Source of the DNA: a virus
Taxonomy: Duplodnaviria; Caudoviricetes
Strand: one strand, 5' to 3'
DNA length: 64,000 nt
IMG/VR virus record: IMGVR_UViG_3300032030_000005
Location: 160,001 to 224,000 of that record
The notes below the pieces were generated by a model that worked only from the letters and a program-made list of their open reading frames with translations, was not told where the DNA came from and made no database searches. Positions 55,634-64,000 of this stretch are shown piece after piece (position 1 is the stretch's first letter; each line of letters starts with the position of its first letter). A program made the position numbers and the translations under genes.

Positions 55634-57307
55634 TTAAGGATTGATATCTGTGTCTTTTAAGATGAGATAATCAACAGGTGATGATGTTCTAGGTGGTACT
55701 AAATCAACAACCTTAACGAAGCCGTTTTCAATTAATGACTTAGTATTATCATATTCATCAGATGTCCATGTACAGAATCCCTTACCATAGTTAGCATCAG
55801 GAACAGCTACGAAGTAAGTTGTATATAATGGAACATCTCTTTCTACATCACTCTTAGCATAGATAACCATCTGATATACATGATTTTCTTTAGCAATCCA
55901 GCTATATTCATCATTAATGAATCCTGTAAGAGTCTTTACATAAGCTGTTGGAACTGAAAGATCCTGAACTGTTACTATATAGTTCTGGTTGCAATTCTGG
56001 ATTCTTAATGTAATAACATAATTATCCTGATCTACTGGGTCTGGTGATGGCTCTAAATTAAAGTCTCTACCAGTCTTAGCAAATCTCATATCATATCTAC
56101 CATTAAGCTTAATAGCATTTACATAATATCTTACACCATTATCCTGAATTGTAAATGTTGTTTGAGCTAATGACCTATCAAGTTCTTTCCATAAGCCATC
56201 TGTAAGATTGTCCTTATAATACCAATTAAAGTCCTTAATATACTTAAAGAATCTATCTGGAATCATAAAGAAGCTCCATTCGCCAGCTACATTCATATTT
56301 GTCTTAAATACTGTATCAGCAAGTAAGCATTCTAATACGCTCTTCTTTACAACAATCTTATCCTTTGGATCCATATTCGGGAATGTTGAATGATAATTCT
56401 TATGTAACATTGTTCTAAGTGCATTTGGTGCAATTTCAGCAATGTTATCAGAAATTACTGATTCACCCATTGTAAAACCGCCATCACCAAAATATACAAC
56501 AATCTTTTCTCTTGGCTGTGGTGGGCATGGAGGAACAAATGGTTCTGGTTTTGGACATGGTGGAATTGGTGGATATGGATATGGTGGAATTGGAGGACAA
56601 GGAGGTTCTGGTCTAAATGGATATGGTGGATATGGTACTGGTGGAGGTGGAACAGGACAACATGGTGGTTCTGGACCAAAATGAGTAATTTCACCATCAT
56701 ATCTTGGGAGATTATGACAATCTACATCATTGATTGTGCATTCATCACAGAATGGTTCTGGTGGAAGAGGCTTTGGACCACCTGCATATCTTGGCTCTCT
56801 TGTCATAGTTTCAAAGCAATCATAATAAGGATTACGTCTTGGATCATTAAGATATCTTGGATCAATTTCGCTATCCGGAATATGACAATCAAACTTATCA
56901 TTCTTATAGAACCATGGATGATATGGATCATATGGTGGAATAAATGGACCTGGACCCGGACAAGGAGGGAACATTCCCGGTCTGAGTGGAGTATCCGGAA
57001 TTCTAGATAAATCTATATATCTATATCCTCTTCTACATAATAAGATAAAATTATCAAGATATGTCTGTGCTTTTACTAAATCCTTGCTTCTATAACAAGC
57101 ATATGATTGTGTATTTTCAGGATTTGTAAATAACACTACATCATAAAAAATTTTATCAATAAATCTTGGATCTCTACGAACTGGTAAATTGTTTACTGCC
57201 TTAGGTGGATTAGGATAAGTAGTCTTAGACTGTTTAATTCTAGCACCATAGGCTGTGAATATACCAACATCATATCTGAAACAAGTAACATTGAATGAAT
57301 GTGTCAT
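55634..57307 (-). CDS. Pro/Cys-rich protein
   Basis: PPCCPVPPPPVPYPPYP...PPCP repeats between globular domains; late motif at about 57337-57348(-). Confidence 0.8.
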   Translation of the reverse strand: MTHSFNVTCFRYDVGIFTAYGARIKQSKTTYPNPPKAVNNLPVRRDPRFIDKIFYDVVLFTNPENTQSYACYRSKDLVKAQTYLDNFILLCRRGYRYIDLSRIPDTPLRPGMFPPCPGPGPFIPPYDPYHPWFYKNDKFDCHIPDSEIDPRYLNDPRRNPYYDCFETMTREPRYAGGPKPLPPEPFCDECTINDVDCHNLPRYDGEITHFGPEPPCCPVPPPPVPYPPYPFRPEPPCPPIPPYPYPPIPPCPKPEPFVPPCPPQPREKIVVYFGDGGFTMGESVISDNIAEIAPNALRTMLHKNYHSTFPNMDPKDKIVVKKSVLECLLADTVFKTNMNVAGEWSFFMIPDRFFKYIKDFNWYYKDNLTDGLWKELDRSLAQTTFTIQDNGVRYYVNAIKLNGRYDMRFAKTGRDFNLEPSPDPVDQDNYVITLRIQNCNQNYIVTVQDLSVPTAYVKTLTGFINDEYSWIAKENHVYQMVIYAKSDVERDVPLYTTYFVAVPDANYGKGFCTWTSDEYDNTKSLIENGFVKVVDLVPPRTSSPVDYLILKDTDINP

Positions 57308-57372
57308 ATATTCTTCATCCTTTCTATATAATTATTTATATTATAGTTATAAATGACTGTTGTTATACTATA

Positions 57373-58545
57373 TTAAATAAACTTAGCGGAACATCTTACT
57401 GCACCTGTTAATGGTTCACTTAATGGCTTAGCTTTACTATCGAAAATAGCCAATTCTTCAGTTAATACATTAATTTCTTCATCTAATACATTAATTTCTT
57501 CTTCTAATGATTGTATTCTCTTTTCACATTCAAGCCATTCTGGGCTATTTGGCTCATATGTGAACTGTTCATTTATAGCTTCGTTCATAGCAGCTTGCTT
57601 TTGTAATTTTTCAGCTTTTCTTCTTTCTAATTCTGCTTTATACTGAGCTTGATGTGCAGCTTCTTCAGCCTTTCTAGCTTCATCAGCTTTTTGTCTCTTT
57701 TCTGCTGCAGCTATTTGACCTTGTTGTGATTTTTGTTGATTTTTTATAGCAGTATTTTCTTTTTGTTGTATCTGTCTCCATTCTTCGGCTTCTTTATTGC
57801 TAATTCCACCGCCAAAATCTTTCTTTATTTGATTGGTTTCAGCTTTTGCTGCAGTTGATTGGGCTTTAGCCTTTGCAGCTCTTGTTTCAGGTGTATTAGC
57901 TTGTTGTGCTTGTTGCATTTTTTGCTGTCCAGCTAAAATATTTTGTCCTTGTTGTGAACTAGCATCAACAGTGGTTGTTGTACCATGTCTATCATATGAT
58001 ACAGTATGCTGTCCTACAGGATTTTTGAACATACCTGACTGTTTTCTAGAAGCAATATCCATAGTTGTCTTACCAGTTGTTACATTTGTATTTGTTGAAG
58101 CACCTTTATATTGTTTTTGAGCTACTTTAGCTTTTCCAGATGTTCTAGCTACATTCTTCATTGTATTCATTGCACCATATTGCTGAGTCATATTCTTAAG
58201 ACCCATTGCAGCATTCTTAAATCCCTTATTAGCACCACCATTAGCAGCCTGATAAGCATTACCGGCTCTATAAGCCTTGACACCAGCAACACCAGCACCT
58301 ACACCAGCAGCAACGCCTAATAACTTCTTAAAAAATCCTTCATTGAGCATTAATTCATGCATATATTCTGATTCGCTTAATGGTTCTAAATTATTAACTT
58401 CACATGATTCTAAATAATAATTGTATGATTCTAATATATAATTCTCACAAACTGAAATAGTCTTTTGATCAGCTGGATTATCAATATCAGTTTCAGCTAA
58501 TCGTACAACGCATTCAGCTAATAATTCATATTTCATAAGAGTCAT
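57373..58545 (-). CDS. putative internal head protein with acidic propeptide
   Basis: Acidic N-terminus ending LNE|GF, then GVAAGVGAGVAG and basic/Q-rich body; EEINVL tandem (21-bp) repeat; AACA-N6-TA at about 58564-58575(-). Confidence 0.65.
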   Translation of the reverse strand: MTLMKYELLAECVVRLAETDIDNPADQKTISVCENYILESYNYYLESCEVNNLEPLSESEYMHELMLNEGFFKKLLGVAAGVGAGVAGVKAYRAGNAYQAANGGANKGFKNAAMGLKNMTQQYGAMNTMKNVARTSGKAKVAQKQYKGASTNTNVTTGKTTMDIASRKQSGMFKNPVGQHTVSYDRHGTTTTVDASSQQGQNILAGQQKMQQAQQANTPETRAAKAKAQSTAAKAETNQIKKDFGGGISNKEAEEWRQIQQKENTAIKNQQKSQQGQIAAAEKRQKADEARKAEEAAHQAQYKAELERRKAEKLQKQAAMNEAINEQFTYEPNSPEWLECEKRIQSLEEEINVLDEEINVLTEELAIFDSKAKPLSEPLTGAVRCSAKFI

Positions 58546-58585
58546 TCCTTTCTTATAATAGTATAAAAGCTTGTTGAATATAATA

Positions 58586-58617
58586 ATACCTCTTAACTTA
58601 TTTAAGTTAAGAGGTAT
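58586..58617 (-). terminator. CCTCTTAA-variant hairpin
   Basis: ATACCTCTTAACTTA/TAAGTTAAGAGGTAT after the DHH gene stop. Confidence 0.7.
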
Positions 58618-58622
58618 ATAAA

Positions 58623-59798
58623 TTATAATTTTATAGGTTCTCCATACTTTTCTAATGTAGGAACTATAAGCCTTTGCATTTGTAATGGATTCTTACCATC
58701 AAGAACACATCCAGCTGCAAATTCATGTCCTCCACCGCCATAAATATTTGCAATCTTAGATAAATCTATATCATCATATATCCTTCTAAAACTAATTGAA
58801 CCATATTTAAAAGATATATTCGCAATATATTTAATATTGAATCTTGAATATATCTTTTTATTAATTATATCTTCTTTAAGCTTATCACATATTAATGATA
58901 CATTCTCATCACTACGAATAACTATGTACTGAATATCTGGATATGGTACATTAAATTCATTAATATGATCTAACACTACAGAAGTTGCTAAAGCTTTCTG
59001 ATAATCTTTTTCTATCTTTTCTAAAACTTCATTAAGCAAAGCTATTTCAGATTTATTAAAGTAGAAAGCTAATCCATTTTTCTGTTCTTGATCTACAAAG
59101 AATTTACTTCTCTTTGTATTAGAAAATACTAAATTAAGATCTCTAGCTACAATATCTCCATTATTCTTCCATTCAAACGTATCCCAATTATGTACATGTT
59201 CAAGATAACTTCTTAACCATACTTTTCTATCTTCATACATTGGATGATGAATACCTAAAGTAACTCTGGCCCATTCTCTTGACTGATCACTTTCAATAAA
59301 GTTAAATACTTGTAATGCAGCACAATTAGTCATATCATTATAGTATTCAATAATAGGGAAGAATTCTTCAACTCTATTTCTAAAAGTCTTTTCACTATCT
59401 TTATGATGATCTATAATAAACATCTTCTTGAAAAGGCTAGTATTTTGTCTAGCAGGATCATTTAATTTAGCATTAAAAACTCTTAATGGATTCTGAATGT
59501 AATCATGGAAATTATCACTGGCAATATTTATATCGGTAATAAACACATAATCATATTTCTTTATACCATCTTCATTATTTATGTCTATGAATGTTTTAAG
59601 TGATGAAATATCATTATAAGACATAAAAGTAAAATCAAAATTGATTCTCTTAAGATCATAACACCTCTTAAGTGCTAATGCACAACTAACTCCGTCTAAA
59701 TCATTATGGGTAAATACTTTAACTCTAATATTTGTGATATCAGATATAATTTCTATATCCTTCATAATCATATCCTCCACAGTTATATAAACCATCAA
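58623..59798 (-). CDS. DHH/DHHA1 family phosphoesterase
   Basis: THNDLDG, FITD, IDHH, GGGGHEFAAG; true start probably ATG about 59771 after GGAGG. Confidence 0.88.
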   Translation of the reverse strand: MMVYITVEDMIMKDIEIISDITNIRVKVFTHNDLDGVSCALALKRCYDLKRINFDFTFMSYNDISSLKTFIDINNEDGIKKYDYVFITDINIASDNFHDYIQNPLRVFNAKLNDPARQNTSLFKKMFIIDHHKDSEKTFRNRVEEFFPIIEYYNDMTNCAALQVFNFIESDQSREWARVTLGIHHPMYEDRKVWLRSYLEHVHNWDTFEWKNNGDIVARDLNLVFSNTKRSKFFVDQEQKNGLAFYFNKSEIALLNEVLEKIEKDYQKALATSVVLDHINEFNVPYPDIQYIVIRSDENVSLICDKLKEDIINKKIYSRFNIKYIANISFKYGSISFRRIYDDIDLSKIANIYGGGGHEFAAGCVLDGKNPLQMQRLIVPTLEKYGEPIKL

Positions 59799-60513
59799 CG
59801 TTTACTTCACCAACTGCAGTAGCTGCTGGATTATCAAAATTTGTTACAAAAGTTGGTTTCAATGTATTATTTGTTATCTGTAATTTTAATACATACCTAT
59901 TCTTAGTAGCACCTATCTTTACAAAACCTTGACTTTCAAAGAATGTTAATTTAGATTCCTTATCCATATCAATCTCAATAAAGTTTGCACTAAGACTAGA
60001 TTTAGCAATTTCTAATAATTGTTTAGCAAAACCAAGACCTTGATACTGAGGGTTTATATCAAAAGTAGTTATAAGGTTTTTATTCTCTATACAACAAACT
60101 TCAACTTTTGCTACAGGAGTGCCTAATTCATTTTTAAACACAATACCTTTAATAAGACCTCTTTTAGATTTAGTAATACCTAAATCATTTCTAGAATAAC
60201 TATTAAATTGGCTTTCATATTTTTCTCTTTTAAAATCATAAAGATTTTTAACGATTTTATTTACTTCAACAGATTCTTGCATATTATTAGGTTTATTAGC
60301 CATTGCAGATTGTTTAGCTTTTTGTCTTAAATTAGGATCTTTAATACCTTGCCATTTAGACTTCTTTGAAAAAGAAGAATTATTTGTATAATTTTTTTGA
60401 ATTGCACCTTGACCTTGTCCTAAAGCTATACTATAAGCTTGCCCTTGTTGTGGATTTACAGTTTTATTTTGTCTTACAACACTACCACCGGCTTTTTTAC
60501 TCATTATTATCAC
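59740..60513 (-). CDS. GNAT-domain protein with basic low-complexity N-terminus
   Basis: Acetyl-CoA motif INPQYQGLGFAKQLL and FFESQGF. Confidence 0.7.
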   Translation of the reverse strand: MIIMSKKAGGSVVRQNKTVNPQQGQAYSIALGQGQGAIQKNYTNNSSFSKKSKWQGIKDPNLRQKAKQSAMANKPNNMQESVEVNKIVKNLYDFKREKYESQFNSYSRNDLGITKSKRGLIKGIVFKNELGTPVAKVEVCCIENKNLITTFDINPQYQGLGFAKQLLEIAKSSLSANFIEIDMDKESKLTFFESQGFVKIGATKNRYVLKLQITNNTLKPTFVTNFDNPAATAVGEVNVDGLYNCGGYDYEGYRNYI

Positions 60514-60672
60514 TTCCTTATATACTATTTTATATATTAAATAACTTAATGTTTTTCATAAAACTTATATATTATCATATAATAAATGAATTTTTATAAA
60601 TAAATTAAAATATAAAATTTAAAAATAAATTTTAAAAATAATAATTAATTATTTAGTCTTTTAGATGGGACG

Positions 60673-61362
60673 GTGTTTAATATGAAATTAATGACAATGA
60701 AACAATTCTTACAAAATCCTTCTGGGCCTTATTCAGCTAGCTTTGCAAGAAGAGATTTAATTATAGCTAATTTAGAAGATAGATTCGCTAAATTATATCA
60801 GAAAAGAAAAAGTGAATTTAAAGTAAAGACATTTAGAGGAAAAAATAAAAACGAATTCTATTTCTATATTCAAGTACCAAGTGAAAAATATGATAAGATT
60901 GTATATGATGTAGTAATTCAGTTTATACCAGTAGATATGGCTTCTTTATCAGCTACTACAATTGATAAATATGCCATAAAGGTATTTAGTAATAGTTTAA
61001 ATTTTACTTTTTCGTATGCATATTGGTATAATATCGATCAATTAATTATACCAGAGCTAATTGATAAATTATCTCCAAAGGCTATTACAGATAAACCAGT
61101 AATTAAAAATAATGAAGGAATCTATGGCTTTGAGAAGTCTTTATATTTTGCTTTATTATATATTAAATATAATGAGTTAAATTATAAAGCTAATATTCTT
61201 AAGGTGATAGATAATTCAATGACTATTGCTAAATTAAAACCAATGATTAAATCTTCTAATTCTAAAATTATTGAGTATAATCTTGTTAAAAAAGCTAATG
61301 GTGATAAAGAACCATCAAAAAAGAAGATAGCTAAGCCAAGACCAAAACCATATAAATTTTAA
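60673..61362 (+). CDS. hypothetical protein
   Basis: 229-aa basic ORF behind early motif at 60567. Confidence 0.75.
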   Translation: MFNMKLMTMKQFLQNPSGPYSASFARRDLIIANLEDRFAKLYQKRKSEFKVKTFRGKNKNEFYFYIQVPSEKYDKIVYDVVIQFIPVDMASLSATTIDKYAIKVFSNSLNFTFSYAYWYNIDQLIIPELIDKLSPKAITDKPVIKNNEGIYGFEKSLYFALLYIKYNELNYKANILKVIDNSMTIAKLKPMIKSSNSKIIEYNLVKKANGDKEPSKKKIAKPRPKPYKF

Positions 61363-61435
61363 TAATATTTAAAAATATATATTATAATTCTGTCTTTTTC
61401 CAAAAGACAACTTATTCAAGGGGAGGAATAATTTA

Positions 61436-62929
61436 ATGCCAATCATTTCAAACGAAGCAGAAATTGAAAAATTTAACGAACCGTTAGACAAACTGAATGA
61501 TAAGGATTATGAGTTTGCTGTTTATGATCAGTATACTCATAACATTTGTGTAAAATTCGACCAGATCTTTGATAGAGAAGATCTTAAGAAGTATAACACA
61601 TTCAAAATTCAGTTTAAAAGGTATTATTCTGAAGGCACAGTAAACAGTAGCACAAAACCAATGATGCCAACAATATGTAATGATTTAAATTACGTATTTA
61701 ATAAGGACAACGATAGCATCAGACAATATTTAGCATTTGCTACTAAGATAACAATGATGGAATTTAAACCATATGAATTAGAAGACTTCAAGAATGATAT
61801 TTATGACTTTATTGATACAATAAAGGAAAATGTCAGAGATTATGTAAATGAAAATTATCATTTAAATCTATCAGAATTAAATGACAAAATAAATATAGAT
61901 TTACAGGTTACTGATGAAATGAATAAAGTATTCATTCAATCGGCTATAGGTATGAGACTTGTAATTCCGATAATTTGTACTTATACTGCTGATGAAAAGA
62001 TTGACAAAATATTTTATGAGATCTTTAGGGAAATAATGATTAAGTTCTCAGAGATTGATGAAGAACACAATAATCCATTAACAAAGCTCAGATCTATTAT
62101 TAGATCTAGAGTTGAACAGACAAAATATGCAAATAAGAAAATATGGAAATTCATGGGAAATTACACTTCAGATATGACAATTATATGTGAGCAGTTTAAT
62201 ATATCTTTAATTGAAAGTATTATACCAAAGCTTGATATAAATAGATCTGCTATTAAATATATCGATGTAGTATTACGTAAAAAGTTAGACTTTGCGTTTA
62301 CTTATAACTTCCCTTTAGATTATCGTCCACTTAAGAATTTAGAGAATGACGATGATCCAGATGAACGTGATAGACTCAATGAGACAATATTTGTTAACAG
62401 AAAAAATGAAGCGGCTTTAATGCTTAACAAGTTAACAATAAAACAGCATATTACTCAGTTCATCAATGACAATGATATAACAGAGGATGAGATAAACAAC
62501 TTTAAGAAGGTAAACCTTAAAGGAAGAAAACTTAATAACATCCAGCAGTACTTCCTGTTTATAACATTTGGTAAAATATTTGAAGTAACTGTTGCTACAG
62601 AGAGTGATAGAATTGTACTTCTATATGAACTTATAAAGCATTTAGAAATGGAAGGCTTTGTTGAGATTCCTAAGATGCTTTCAAATACTGTAGAAAATGT
62701 TATCGATATGAGAAACAAAGTACAGGCAAAGAGATTGAGAGTTCAGGATGGTTTTACCAAGATAATTAAGAAGTATGAACCAGTTATTGATATAATTGAT
62801 AATGATAACTTCATAGTAAAGATGACAAATTTTAGAAACTATAATTACTATGACACCAATAACGAACTTATCAAATTCAACCCGAACAATTTTGAACGTG
62901 AAACTATTAGCTTTATATTAAGCTTATAA
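61436..62929 (+). CDS. non-virion RNA polymerase promoter-specificity (sigma-like) subunit, AR9 gp226 / phiKZ gp68 family
   Basis: Blocks KINIDLQVTD, MRLVIPIIC, SRVEQTKY...IW, PKL...S.I.YIDVV..KL...FT..P..Y.PLK match my recollection of AR9 gp226; similar size; early motif upstream. Confidence 0.8.
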   Translation: MPIISNEAEIEKFNEPLDKLNDKDYEFAVYDQYTHNICVKFDQIFDREDLKKYNTFKIQFKRYYSEGTVNSSTKPMMPTICNDLNYVFNKDNDSIRQYLAFATKITMMEFKPYELEDFKNDIYDFIDTIKENVRDYVNENYHLNLSELNDKINIDLQVTDEMNKVFIQSAIGMRLVIPIICTYTADEKIDKIFYEIFREIMIKFSEIDEEHNNPLTKLRSIIRSRVEQTKYANKKIWKFMGNYTSDMTIICEQFNISLIESIIPKLDINRSAIKYIDVVLRKKLDFAFTYNFPLDYRPLKNLENDDDPDERDRLNETIFVNRKNEAALMLNKLTIKQHITQFINDNDITEDEINNFKKVNLKGRKLNNIQQYFLFITFGKIFEVTVATESDRIVLLYELIKHLEMEGFVEIPKMLSNTVENVIDMRNKVQAKRLRVQDGFTKIIKKYEPVIDIIDNDNFIVKMTNFRNYNYYDTNNELIKFNPNNFERETISFILSL

Positions 62930-62950
62930 AAAATAAAAACTCACGAAAAC

Positions 62951-62982
62951 ATTCCCTTAACAGTGAAAGCTGTTAAGGGAAT
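62951..62982 (+). terminator. CCCTTAA-family hairpin
   Basis: ATTCCCTTAACAG/CTGTTAAGGGAAT. Confidence 0.75.
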
Positions 62983-63006
62983 TTATTATTTTAGGTGGTG
63001 ATCAAT

Positions 63007-64000
63007 TTGATAGATACTAATTATGATAAAACCATATATGAATACTTTAAGAAGAATTTGTCAGTGTGTATGATAACTACAGATCAGTCTGAAACAGTTA
63101 TTCGTTGTCCTTATTGTGGAGATAGTATTAAAGAACATCATGCACATTTATATATACACAACAATCCACCCTTTAAATATTTCTGTCAAAAATGTTCAAC
63201 CACAGGTATTGTTGACAGTAAATTCTTAAGAGATGTGAGTTTGTATGATCCAGATATAGTTGATTTTGTAAGTGAAAGTAAATCTAATTATCTTAAAGAT
63301 CTTAATAAAAAGTATGGTAATAATTTCTTAGAAATATTTAATAAAGAATTTGATATACTTCCTAATCAATATACAAAGATAGAAATTAATAAATTAAAAT
63401 ATATTAATAATAGATTGGGAATAAATATTAATAATAATGATATGATTAAAAAATATAAGATTATATTAAATCTTAAAGACTTCTTTGAGAATAATGATTT
63501 ACAGATGAATAAATTCTATAAAACTAATATAAAGAAATTACAGAATAACTATGTAGGATTTTTATTAAATGATAACAATATGATCTGCTTTAGAAATATA
63601 AAAGAAGATGATAATGAACGTTATATAAATAAAAAGATATATAGCGAGAATATATTTCAAAGTAGAAAATTCTATTCTATCGGGAACACCATAGATTTAA
63701 GCAATAGAACTTATAATATAGTTTTAACTGAAGGCATCTTCGATATTTTAGGCGTATATAATCATATATACAATTGTAATCAGAATAATAATGATATATT
63801 TATATCTTGTAATGGTAAGAGTTATAATTTTGTATTGAATTATCTTCAGTCATTAAGTATTCTTAATACAGATATAAAGATATATTCTGATAATGATGTA
63901 ACTAAAGAAAAGATGATGGATTTAGTTAAATATAATAAATTAATAAAATTAAATGGAGCTACTGTATACTATAATCTATTGAATAAAGATTGTGGTGTTA
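63007..64000 (+). CDS. DNA primase (Zn-binding plus Toprim), truncated by window end
   Basis: TTG start after AGGTGG; RCPYCGDS..HAHLYI...FCQKC, VLTEGIFD, IYSDND; open to the end of the window so missing from the ORF track. Confidence 0.85.
   Translation, partial: MIDTNYDKTIYEYFKKNLSVCMITTDQSETVIRCPYCGDSIKEHHAHLYIHNNPPFKYFCQKCSTTGIVDSKFLRDVSLYDPDIVDFVSESKSNYLKDLNKKYGNNFLEIFNKEFDILPNQYTKIEINKLKYINNRLGININNNDMIKKYKIILNLKDFFENNDLQMNKFYKTNIKKLQNNYVGFLLNDNNMICFRNIKEDDNERYINKKIYSENIFQSRKFYSIGNTIDLSNRTYNIVLTEGIFDILGVYNHIYNCNQNNNDIFISCNGKSYNFVLNYLQSLSILNTDIKIYSDNDVTKEKMMDLVKYNKLIKLNGATVYYNLLNKDCGV

Noticed and set aside
57455-57505. 21-bp tandem repeat
   Set aside because: In-frame coiled-coil heptad duplication (EEINVL) inside a CDS
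804-62718. Short antisense or nested ORFs (804, 1619, 4440, 4840, 9240, 9427, 9648, 12821, 16238, 19132, 21760, 24871, 31070, 31503, 31890, 38112, 40751, 40804, 48653, 50476, 54162, 56442, 56455, 56681, 57833, 58111, 60366, 62455)
   Set aside because: They overlap longer genes with recognisable motifs or RBS and look like shadow frames of biased codon usage
1-64000. Stop-codon reassignment
   Set aside because: Long genes are intact in code 11, TAG and TGA end plausible genes, and no suppressor tRNA is present
1-64000. CRISPR array or diversity-generating retroelement
   Set aside because: No regularly spaced direct repeats, no cas or reverse transcriptase gene, and no adenine-specific TR/VR pair seen

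Overview
A very AT-rich 64-kb segment of a jumbo phage of the PBS1/AR9 type (phiKZ-related). Support: a multisubunit RNA polymerase beta' C-terminal subunit, a homologue of the AR9 gp226 promoter-specificity subunit (by my recall of that sequence), large terminase, SbcC-like ATPase, primase, baseplate and very large virion proteins, and AR9-like early and late promoter motifs. The host is probably a Firmicute (strong SD sites, CW_7 and SleB domains, BspA-type LRRs). Two group I introns can be mapped from their internal guide sequences: one in terminase carrying a homing endonuclease, and an ORF-less one in the RNAP trigger-loop region with an apparently non-canonical 3' splice site next to a free-standing endonuclease. 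An 8-tRNA cluster is interleaved with two long stem-closed ncRNA candidates (about 240 nt, and about 600 nt ROOL-like), an HNH gene and several anti-Shine-Dalgarno hairpins. The most striking unexplained structures are: (1) two membrane-anchored cell-wall hydrolase genes whose predicted first about 25 transcribed nucleotides are each complementary, with gene-specific compensation, to a conserved structured element after their own stop codon; (2) a MoxR AAA+/metallopeptidase-vWA locus with four divergent large genes sharing a C-terminal motif that resembles the C-terminal motif of about a dozen small early genes elsewhere in the window. All family assignments come from motif recognition by eye, with no database searches.
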